Both the position numbers and the translations under genes were made by a program. Below the pieces are notes generated by a model. It searched no databases. It was not told the DNA's origin and was given only the letters and a program-made list of their open reading frames with translations. Below, piece by piece: positions 26,314 through 33,079 of a stretch of 33,079 nt of DNA. Source of the DNA: Clostridia bacterium (lineage in GTDB: Bacteria > Bacillota > Clostridia > Christensenellales > UBA1242); contig JAFZXQ010000044.1 in the NCBI GenBank assembly GCA_017616705.1, positions 1-33,079 of the forward strand, in the 5' to 3' direction. Positions within the stretch are counted from its first letter, which is position 1. Each line of letters begins with the position of its first letter.

Positions 26314-27141
26314 CTAGTTAATTCTCTTTACCATAAATTTATTAGATCTGTTTTTCTTCTTACGAGTCTTATAACCCATTGCTGGTTTACCCCAAGGAGT
26401 AACAGGACCTGGATGACCAACTGGAGATTTACCTTCACCACCACCATGTGGGTGATCAACTGGGTTCATAACAGAACCACGAACTGTTGGTCTTGTTCCC
26501 ATATGTCTAACTCTTCCTGCTTTACCTAAAGAAACAATTTCATGTTCAACGTTACCAACTTGGCCAATTGTTGCCCTGCAAGTAACTAAAACTTTTCTCA
26601 TTTCTCCGCTTGGCATTCTAAGAGTTGCATATTTTCCTTCTTTAGCCATATATTGCGCACTAATTCCTGCGCTTCTAGCGATTTTTCCACCACGTCCTGG
26701 TTGGAATTCAATGTTGTGAACAACAGAACCAACTGGGATAACGTCAAGTGGAAGAGTGTTTCCTGCTTTAATTTCAGCATTTGCTCCGCTCATAACTGTA
26801 TCACCAACATTAAGGCCGATTGGAGCTAAGATATATCTCTTTTCACCATCAGCATAATTTAATAATGCGATATAAGCGCTTCTGTTTGGATCATATTCAA
26901 TGCTTGCAACTTTTGCAGGAATGTCATCTTTATCACGTTTGAAATCAATAACACGATATTTTTGACGGTTGCCGCCACCAATGTGACGAACTGTTAAACG
27001 GCCATATGAATTACGGCCACCAGTCTTTTTCTTTGTTTCAAGTAAAGACTTTTCTGGTTTGCTGGCTGTTACTTCTTCAAATGAAGGAGCACGACGAAAT
27101 CTTGTTCCAGCAGTTATCGGCTTAAATTGTTTAAGTGCCAT
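26314..27141 (-). CDS. rplB: 50S ribosomal protein L2 (uL2)
   Basis: 275 aa. Contains [18 protein letters not shown]. Confidence 0.97.
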   Translation of the reverse strand: MALKQFKPITAGTRFRRAPSFEEVTASKPEKSLLETKKKTGGRNSYGRLTVRHIGGGNRQKYRVIDFKRDKDDIPAKVASIEYDPNRSAYIALLNYADGEKRYILAPIGLNVGDTVMSGANAEIKAGNTLPLDVIPVGSVVHNIEFQPGRGGKIARSAGISAQYMAKEGKYATLRMPSGEMRKVLVTCRATIGQVGNVEHEIVSLGKAGRVRHMGTRPTVRGSVMNPVDHPHGGGEGKSPVGHPGPVTPWGKPAMGYKTRKKKNRSNKFMVKRIN

Positions 27142-27159
27142 AATACTCTATCTCCCTAA

Positions 27160-27450
27160 TTATGAAAGACTATCAAAGAATGCAATAGACTTGCTGTCGC
27201 TAGTTAGCGTTACAACTGCCTTCTTGTAATTTCCTGTTAGCCCCTCATTTTTTCCTTGTCTTTTAATTTTGCCATATACGTTAGAAGTATTAACTGATGC
27301 AACTTTAACACCAAAAACTTCTTCAACGGCTTGTTTAATTTGGGTTTTGTTTGCGTTCTTAGCAACTTCAAATGTATATTTTTTGCTTGGAATATCAGCG
27401 TAAGTTTTTTCACTAAGAACTGGTCTTATAATAACGTCATGACTAACCAT
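27160..27450 (-). CDS. rplW: 50S ribosomal protein L23 (uL23)
   Basis: 96 aa. Contains DVIIRPVLSEKT and KYTFEVAKNANKTQIKQAVEEVFGVKV. Confidence 0.95.
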   Translation of the reverse strand: MVSHDVIIRPVLSEKTYADIPSKKYTFEVAKNANKTQIKQAVEEVFGVKVASVNTSNVYGKIKRQGKNEGLTGNYKKAVVTLTSDSKSIAFFDSLS

Positions 27451-28070
27451 TATTTTAAAGCCTCCTCAATGTTTTTAAGAGCTGCTTTTGTTAAAATAAC
27501 TTTATCAGCCAAAACAACGTCATAAGTGCAAGCAAGGTTTGATGGAGTAACACAAACTCTATCAATATTTCTTGCGCTAAGATAAACGTTTTCATTGTTT
27601 TCGCCTGTTACAACTAAAACTCTCTTTTCTGCTTTAAGGTTTGCTAAGATTTTAGCAAATTCTTTTGTGTTTGGTTTAGCTAAGTTAAGTTCGTCAACAA
27701 CAATAATGTTTTTGTTTCTTGCAGTTTCGCTAAGTGCGCTAACAAAAGCACCTTGTTTCATTTGTTTGTTAACTTTTTGAGAGAAATCTCTTGGCTTTGG
27801 CGCAAACACAACGCCACCCTTGATCCATTGTGGAGCCCTGATAGAGCCTTGTCTTGCATTACCAGTTCCCTTTTGTCTCCAAGGTTTTCTTCCGCCACCC
27901 CTAACTTCACTTCTTGTTAGAGTGCTCTTTGTTCCTTGTCTTCCATTTGCAAGATAAGCAACAACAACTTGATGAATTAGCGCTTCGTTATATGGTTGGT
28001 TAAAAACTTCATCTTTTAAAGTTACTTTTCCAACTTCTTCGCCTAATGTGTTTAAAACTTTAGTTTGCAT
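27450..28070 (-). CDS. rplD: 50S ribosomal protein L4 (uL4)
   Basis: 206 aa. Contains TRSEVRGGGRKPWRQKGTGNARQGSIRAPQW. Confidence 0.96.
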   Translation of the reverse strand: MQTKVLNTLGEEVGKVTLKDEVFNQPYNEALIHQVVVAYLANGRQGTKSTLTRSEVRGGGRKPWRQKGTGNARQGSIRAPQWIKGGVVFAPKPRDFSQKVNKQMKQGAFVSALSETARNKNIIVVDELNLAKPNTKEFAKILANLKAEKRVLVVTGENNENVYLSARNIDRVCVTPSNLACTYDVVLADKVILTKAALKNIEEALK

Positions 28071-28084
28071 AGTTACGCCCCCTA

Positions 28085-28717
28085 CTAGTTAGCCTTAACA
28101 GCACTAGAAATTGTTACAACGCTTCCCTTTGCTCCTGGGATTGCCCCTTTGATTAAAAGAAGGTTGCGAGTAACATCGACTTTTGCGATTTCAAGGTTTT
28201 GAATAGTAACCTTTTCGTTACCATATTGACCTGGAAGTTTTTTGTTTTTGAAAACACGAGATGGATCACTGTTTGCTGCCATTGAACCTGGCTCACGGTG
28301 AACAGGACCAGCACCATGTGTCATAGGAAGCCTATGAGCATTCCAACGTTTAATAACGCCGCTGAATCCATGACCTTTGCTTGTTCCACTAACGTCAACA
28401 AGATCTCCAGCTTTAAATACGTCACACTTAATTTCGCTTCCTAAAGTTAATCCTTCGGCTGAGATTTTGAATTCTTTAAGATATTTCTTTGGTGCAACAT
28501 TTGCCTTTTTAAGGTGGCCAGCCTCTGCTTTTGTTAATCTATTTTCTTTTGTGTCACAAAAAGCTAGTTGAACAGCTTCATAGCCGTCTTTATCTGCAGT
28601 TTTGATTTGGCTAACCATGCATGGACCAGCCTCAACAACTGTTACAGGAACAACCTGACCATTAGCTGTAAAAATTTGTGACATTCCGATCTTTTTGCCT
28701 AATAATGCATTTTTCAT
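28085..28717 (-). CDS. rplC: 50S ribosomal protein L3 (uL3)
   Basis: Contains LLGKKIGMSQIF and SGTSKGHGFSGVIKRWN. ATG at 28717 chosen. An in-frame GTG at 28720 (the track start) is also possible. SD GGAGG lies upstream. Confidence 0.95.
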   Translation of the reverse strand: MKNALLGKKIGMSQIFTANGQVVPVTVVEAGPCMVSQIKTADKDGYEAVQLAFCDTKENRLTKAEAGHLKKANVAPKKYLKEFKISAEGLTLGSEIKCDVFKAGDLVDVSGTSKGHGFSGVIKRWNAHRLPMTHGAGPVHREPGSMAANSDPSRVFKNKKLPGQYGNEKVTIQNLEIAKVDVTRNLLLIKGAIPGAKGSVVTISSAVKAN

Positions 28718-28737
28718 CACTAATTTCCTCCTTGCTC

Positions 28738-29046
28738 CTATAATTTAATTTTGATATCAACGCCAGCAGGAAGGTCGATCTTCATAAGTGAGTCAACTGT
28801 TTTTGCTGATGGGTTGTAAATATCAATTAACCTTTTATGTGTTCTAATCTCGAATTGTTCACGAGAGTCCTTATGTTTGTGTGGGCTTCTTAAAATAGTT
28901 ACCACTTCTTTTTCAGTTGGCATAGGAATAGGACCGCTTACCTTTGCGCCAGCTTTTTTAGCAGTTTCCACAATTCTTGCAGATGCAGAATCAACAAGTT
29001 CATGGTCATATGCTCTTAAATTAATTCTCATTTTTTGTGTTGCCAT
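28738..29046 (-). CDS. rpsJ: 30S ribosomal protein S10 (uS10)
   Basis: 102 aa. Contains [15 protein letters not shown] and ...[23 protein letters not shown]. First gene of the cluster. Confidence 0.97.
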   Translation of the reverse strand: MATQKMRINLRAYDHELVDSASARIVETAKKAGAKVSGPIPMPTEKEVVTILRSPHKHKDSREQFEIRTHKRLIDIYNPSAKTVDSLMKIDLPAGVDIKIKL

Positions 29047-29215
29047 TTATTTCCTCCATTATTCCAACCACTTTGCCTCGGCGCTATACTGCCTAACACT
29101 AACTTTGGCAAATCGTTGTCGCACTAGTCTTGCTAGCACACTTGTCTGCGGAAATTCTCCATTTTGCCAGCCTACAAAATGGTAACTTCCCACTTCTTCC
29201 CATGGTATAGCGAAT
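29047..29215 (-). promoter_or_regulatory. long (~165 nt) structured 5' leader of the S10 operon
   Basis: Lies between the predicted transcription start and the rpsJ ATG. Several complementary segments of 7 bp or more are detailed in the findings. No ORF with an SD. Confidence 0.5.
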
Positions 29216-29217
29216 AT

Positions 29218-29246
29218 ATTATACTTAACACCCGGCCCCGTGTCAA
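29218..29246 (-). promoter_or_regulatory. consensus sigma-A promoter of the ribosomal-protein cluster (TTGACA-17 nt-TATAAT)
   Basis: -35 TTGACA (29246-29241), a 17-nt spacer and -10 TATAAT (29223-29218). An AT-rich UP-like tract lies upstream at 29250-29310. Confidence 0.8.
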
Positions 29247-29313
29247 GAGATTTTTCAAAATTTTTCTAATATTTTTTAACTTTTTTCTAGAAGCAAAAAA
29301 TATTTATTTTTGC

Positions 29314-29337
29314 AACAAAAAAACGGCGCAACGCCGT
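29314..29337 (-). terminator. intrinsic terminator after the DUF1858-like gene
   Basis: RNA reads ACGGCG-UUG-CGCCGU followed by UUUUUUUGUUG. A-tracts on the other side make it potentially bidirectional. Confidence 0.75.
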
Positions 29338-29349
29338 TTTTGTTTTTAT

Positions 29350-29562
29350 CTAACCAGCAAAATATTCATTGAGTTTGCTAACGAGTTCGTCTACGTCAAT
29401 TCCATGAACCATGCAAGCTTCTTCAAGGCTTTCTGCCCTGCTCATTGGGCAACCAAGACAATGAAGCCCAAACCCTAAAAGAATTGGTATAACGTTTTCA
29501 TCAAGATTTATAACCTTTTCAATTGTCATTGTTTTAGTTATTTCAACTTTTCTCTTTTTCAT
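29350..29562 (-). CDS. DUF1858-like small CxxC protein (hybrid-cluster-protein-associated redox-disulfide type)
   Basis: 70 aa. FGLHCLGCPMSRAESLEEACMVHGIDVDELVSKLN matches my memory of the DUF1858 / TIGR03980 pattern (MHCxGCP..ESxEEA...HGxD). SD AAGGAG is present. The ATG overlaps the upstream stop (ATGA). Confidence 0.7.
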   Translation of the reverse strand: MKKRKVEITKTMTIEKVINLDENVIPILLGFGLHCLGCPMSRAESLEEACMVHGIDVDELVSKLNEYFAG

Positions 29563-30443
29563 AATTTTCTCCTTTTCTCATATTCAGCAAGGCTAGCCAT
29601 AAGCTCTCTTAGTTCGTGATTTGTTCGCCTTATTTGACTATCGCTAAGATCTTTATTAAGCCTTTCAACAAGCTTTTCAGCCCTTATTATGCTTCTTTCA
29701 AAATCTTCATCATTTTCAATAGTTACATAATCTTTTTCATCCTCGCTCTTTTTAGGCCTTCCCCTGCCTCTTTTTTCATCAGCCATATCTTCATCATCCT
29801 CCATACTAGAACCAAAAACAATGTTTCCGCTTTCATAGTTATCGTTAAGCGAATCAACAAATTCGCCAAACCTGATAACTGCCAACTTATAATAATATTG
29901 CCTAATGCTCGTATAAATAAAATATTCAATTTTGTAAATAACAAACGCAACAAAAGGTAAGACTAAACTCTGCGCTAAAAGCAACCCTGTTAATGCTTGA
30001 TTTGAAGCAAATGTTAAAGCAACGCTAAGAAAAGCCAAAACAAAGGTATAAAGCAAAGTTACAACTCTGATAAGCGACCTGCTTTGATTAAAAAGACCAC
30101 CAAACAAATAGGTTTCAACGCATTCATATTGGCTAAGTTTTTCGCCAGGCGCACCCTTACAATAAAACTGCGCGCTCTTAACTCCCCTAATAATTTGTGG
30201 TGGGAGCTCGTTTAATTTTTGAGCAAAAACCTCATCTTCGCTAACATCAATATCATGGTTATCCATATATTCTGTTATGTTTTTAAGTTTTCTTGAAAGC
30301 CTTAACTCTTTTGAATTTAATAAGCTTAAAAGAATCCAAATTGCTAAAACAACAATAAATGAAAGCGCCAAAATTCCTAAAACATATTTATTGATTATTC
30401 CGGCAATAAGCCTGAATATTGTTGTTAAATAATCGTATATCAT
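29559..30443 (-). CDS. hypothetical polytopic membrane protein with a charged C-terminal tail containing an AT-hook-like RGRGRPKK motif
   Basis: Start chosen at ATG 30443 (MIYDYLTT) with GAGGGG 4 nt upstream. One N-terminal and about two central TM helices. The C-terminal ~90 aa are highly charged and helical-looking. Confidence 0.65.
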   Translation of the reverse strand: MIYDYLTTIFRLIAGIINKYVLGILALSFIVVLAIWILLSLLNSKELRLSRKLKNITEYMDNHDIDVSEDEVFAQKLNELPPQIIRGVKSAQFYCKGAPGEKLSQYECVETYLFGGLFNQSRSLIRVVTLLYTFVLAFLSVALTFASNQALTGLLLAQSLVLPFVAFVIYKIEYFIYTSIRQYYYKLAVIRFGEFVDSLNDNYESGNIVFGSSMEDDEDMADEKRGRGRPKKSEDEKDYVTIENDEDFERSIIRAEKLVERLNKDLSDSQIRRTNHELRELMASLAEYEKRRKL

Positions 30444-30502
30444 ATTCCCCTCGCTGTTTATGATATCACAAACCATCAAAATTTTAAAACAATTTTAAAT
30501 AG

Positions 30503-33079
30503 TTAATCAATTTTAATAAACTCGCCTGTTGTTAACTTACAGATATATGTTTTATCCATTGGCAAGCCATATCCAGCAATAATTGCATTTTTATAAAGTT
30601 CCATTTGCTTTTGATATGATTTGATTAAATTTTCACGCGTTTTGTTTGAAAGCTTATAGTCAATAAGCGTAATTTTACCATCTTTAATAACAATAAGGTC
30701 ACAAACACCCTGAACAACCATAAACTCACCACTTCCGCTAATATCACCTGTTTTAGCATCAATTGCCATTAAAAATTCTTTTTCTTTCAAAAATTCTCCG
30801 CCCTTTAAAGCACTAATTACAGGGCTTGAAATAATCCTATTAATAATTTCAAGGTCAATCTGTTTTGCTTCTTCACTTGAAATAACATTTTCTTTAACAA
30901 GTTTATTCAAAACGTTTTCAGCGGTTTCATTGTTATTAAAATCAACATTTTCCAAAACCTTATGATAAAGTGTTCCAGCATTTGCGCTAAACCCTTTTTC
31001 TTCGCTAAATATTACAGGGTTTGCCGTTTCTTCGTTACTATTTAGCTTTGTAACAGTGCTTTTTTGCGGAATTTGAATAAGTTTTTCATCTTTTGGGTTG
31101 AAAAAGACTTCTTTTGCGCAAAAATCAACATCACTGCTTGCAACCTTATCAAAAACCACTTCAGTTTTTTGAGTTTTGTTAAATTTTTCAGTTATATCGC
31201 TTGATAAAATAACTTCACATTGACCATCAAAATCAACGTTATTTTGCAACATTTTTGTTATAGTTGGATTAAGCCAATCCGCGAAACTTTTGGCAAAAAC
31301 CGGGTTTACTTGTCTTGTTAATTCGCCAGGGTTTAACGTTTCAATTATGTTTAAAGAATATTCCGCTCTTGTTAAAGCAACATAAAGCAATCTTAGTTGT
31401 TCCTCTTTAATCTTTAACGACTCTTTTAATTTAACTGCCCCCCTAACAAAACTCTCGCTTTTAAACCTAATATCTTTATCATAATGCCTTATGGCAAGTC
31501 CAACGTCTTTTGATAAAACAAGATCTTCGCTAAATGTTTTATTAGAAAATTCTTTGCTTGCATTAACTAAAAATACAACAGGAAATTCAAGTCCCTTTGA
31601 AGCGTGAATTGTCATAACCTTAACGCTTTCACCATCTGATTTAGTGTCGCAAGTTATCTTCTTTGAATCAAGATCAAATAGAAATGCGCTAACCATATCT
31701 TGCCCCATTGCGCCAATGAGTTTATCTAGTCTTGACCTATGTAAATCTGCTTCAGCATTTTCAAGAAGCAAAATGTCAAAGTTGGTTTCTTCAATAAACC
31801 TTTGCGAAATTTCGCAAACCGGTAAAAACTTACTTAAATTTTTATATCTGCTAATAAAACTAACAAAATCTTTAACTTTTTTGCGTAGTTTTTCATCTAA
31901 TTTTTCGTCATTTTGCGCTTTTAAAACAGCATCACAAAAATCAATGTCAGGATCAACTAGCCTAATTTCAGCAAGTTCCGTTGGTGAGAAATCAAAAACA
32001 GGGCTTGAAAGCGTTATAAAAATCGCATAATCGTCTTTAAAATTATCAATAAGCTTTAAAAAATTAATTAAAATAATAGAAAACCTATCTTCAAAAACAT
32101 CATCAGTATAGTCGCTTGAAACCGGTATATTCATTTTCTTTAAGGTGCTTACAAATTTTTCAAGATAGGTTCCCCTTGAAGAAAGTAAAACCGCAATATC
32201 GTTATATCTGATCTTATCAGTTTTAGAGCCATCAAGCTTAGTTAGTTTGGTATTTAGAACCTTTTGAACTTGTTTAGCAACAACCCTTGCTTCTCTTTCG
32301 GCAAGCGCCTCAACTTCCTCATCTTCACTTTGGTCATTTAAAACACTATAAACTTCATCTTTAATGTCATCTTCAAAAATTTCTTTGCGTTTATCTTGCT
32401 CAATAACAAAAACATTAACGTTTTTCTCATTAATTTTATCTGACCCACTAATTCCGCCAATAAGCAAACCATTAGGGTTATAATCAATTCCGCCAAAGTT
32501 TAAAGTGAAACACCTAGAAAAAACATTATTTGCAAATTTTAAAATGTTAGGGTTGCTTCTAAAGTTCTCTAAAAGTGAAATAACCTCACCTTCTTTACCG
32601 CTTTGGTAAAGTTTATATTTATCTAAAAAGATTTCAGGGTCACAATGTCTAAACCTATAAATTGATTGTTTAATATCTCCAACCATAAACCTGTTATTTG
32701 TCTGACATAACAACGAAATTATCTTCTCTTGAACGGGGTTTATGTCTTGATATTCATCAACAAAAACATACTGATATTTTTCTTGTAAAGCTTTTCTAAC
32801 CTTTTCGTTATCTAATAATTTTAAGGTTAGTCTTTCAAGATCATTAAAATCAACAGCATTATTCTTTTGCTTTTCAGCCTGCAAAATGCTGATATAATTT
32901 CTAGTTAACCTAGCAATAGCGTTAAGGCGCTCTTTATCTTCTCTTAAATTAGCAACAATCTCTTCATTTGTCGGATTATATTTGGATGTAATCATAGCTT
33001 TTATAAACTTCTTTTCTTTATTTTTGAGCATAATTGCATTTTTATATGCTTCTTTTTCAATATTTGTTTTTGCAAGGAA
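30503..33079 (-). CDS. addA: ATP-dependent helicase/nuclease AddA-type (UvrD/PcrA/RecB superfamily 1), C-terminal ~858 codons; 5' end off-window
   Basis: Helicase motifs are present: FVDEYQDINPVQ (II), NFRS, MTIHASKGLEFPVVFL (V) and LLYVALTRAE (VI). There is a C-terminal RecB-type nuclease motif, GVCDLIVIKDGKITLIDYK. I checked that the frame stays open from 33031 to 33079 (FLAKTNIEKEAYKNAI-MLKNK...), so the track's Met is internal. Confidence 0.85.
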   Translation of the reverse strand, partial: FLAKTNIEKEAYKNAIMLKNKEKKFIKAMITSKYNPTNEEIVANLREDKERLNAIARLTRNYISILQAEKQKNNAVDFNDLERLTLKLLDNEKVRKALQEKYQYVFVDEYQDINPVQEKIISLLCQTNNRFMVGDIKQSIYRFRHCDPEIFLDKYKLYQSGKEGEVISLLENFRSNPNILKFANNVFSRCFTLNFGGIDYNPNGLLIGGISGSDKINEKNVNVFVIEQDKRKEIFEDDIKDEVYSVLNDQSEDEEVEALAEREARVVAKQVQKVLNTKLTKLDGSKTDKIRYNDIAVLLSSRGTYLEKFVSTLKKMNIPVSSDYTDDVFEDRFSIILINFLKLIDNFKDDYAIFITLSSPVFDFSPTELAEIRLVDPDIDFCDAVLKAQNDEKLDEKLRKKVKDFVSFISRYKNLSKFLPVCEISQRFIEETNFDILLLENAEADLHRSRLDKLIGAMGQDMVSAFLFDLDSKKITCDTKSDGESVKVMTIHASKGLEFPVVFLVNASKEFSNKTFSEDLVLSKDVGLAIRHYDKDIRFKSESFVRGAVKLKESLKIKEEQLRLLYVALTRAEYSLNIIETLNPGELTRQVNPVFAKSFADWLNPTITKMLQNNVDFDGQCEVILSSDITEKFNKTQKTEVVFDKVASSDVDFCAKEVFFNPKDEKLIQIPQKSTVTKLNSNEETANPVIFSEEKGFSANAGTLYHKVLENVDFNNNETAENVLNKLVKENVISSEEAKQIDLEIINRIISSPVISALKGGEFLKEKEFLMAIDAKTGDISGSGEFMVVQGVCDLIVIKDGKITLIDYKLSNKTRENLIKSYQKQMELYKNAIIAGYGLPMDKTYICKLTTGEFIKID

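Noticed and set aside
28877-29478. Plus-strand ORFs 28877-29185 and 29164-29478, spanning the rpsJ start, the S10 leader, the promoter and the terminator.
   Set aside because: They run through a consensus minus-strand promoter, a terminator and the DUF1858 gene. They have no SD and no recognisable protein features. The region is better explained as a leader plus regulatory DNA.
1-33079. Searched for CRISPR arrays, transposases or IS ends, integrases, prophage genes, toxin-antitoxin pairs, restriction or defence genes, tRNA or rRNA genes and long direct or inverted repeats.
   Set aside because: None found. Every sizeable ORF is accounted for by housekeeping genes or small membrane proteins. 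The only repeats are short coding low-complexity repeats and terminator hairpins. The window is core chromosome, not an accessory island.

Overview
AT-rich, low-GC Bacillota (Firmicutes)-type chromosomal segment. Every supportable gene is on the minus strand, with tight spacing, many 1-14 nt overlaps and mostly strong GGAGG-type Shine-Dalgarno (SD) sites. In transcription order (high to low coordinates): C-terminal ~860 codons of an AddA-type helicase-nuclease (5' end off-window); a polytopic membrane protein coupled to a small DUF1858-like CxxC protein; a near-consensus promoter and ~165-nt leader; then the complete canonical S10-spc-alpha cluster (rpsJ to rplQ, including secY-adk-map-infA-rpmJ and rpsM-rpsK-rpsD-rpoA-rplQ). 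Next come an HxxxDG acyltransferase plus zinc-ribbon membrane protein pair fused transcriptionally to rnr; smpB and tmRNA (ssrA); two orphan membrane or coiled-coil genes; a pgk-tpiA-gpmI operon; secG; a DUF378 protein; pepF; and the start of gmk. rpsD inside the alpha operon points to a Clostridia-like rather than Bacilli-like arrangement. I see no CRISPR array, transposase, integrase, phage gene, toxin-antitoxin or recognisable defence gene, and no tRNA or rRNA. This is core housekeeping DNA, so I cannot honestly claim a clear novel system. The best candidates for undescribed biology are: (i) the acyltransferase/Zn-ribbon membrane pair at 11268-13347; (ii) the structured S10 leader at 29047-29215; (iii) lineage-specific ribosomal-protein elaborations, mainly L24 with Cys residues and a long Ala/Lys tail, the L17 insertion and the S5 N-terminal repeat; (iv) the AT-hook-like membrane protein plus DUF1858 pair at 29350-30443; (v) two apparently leaderless or SD-less genes. 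All coordinates come from manual reading; nothing was checked against databases.
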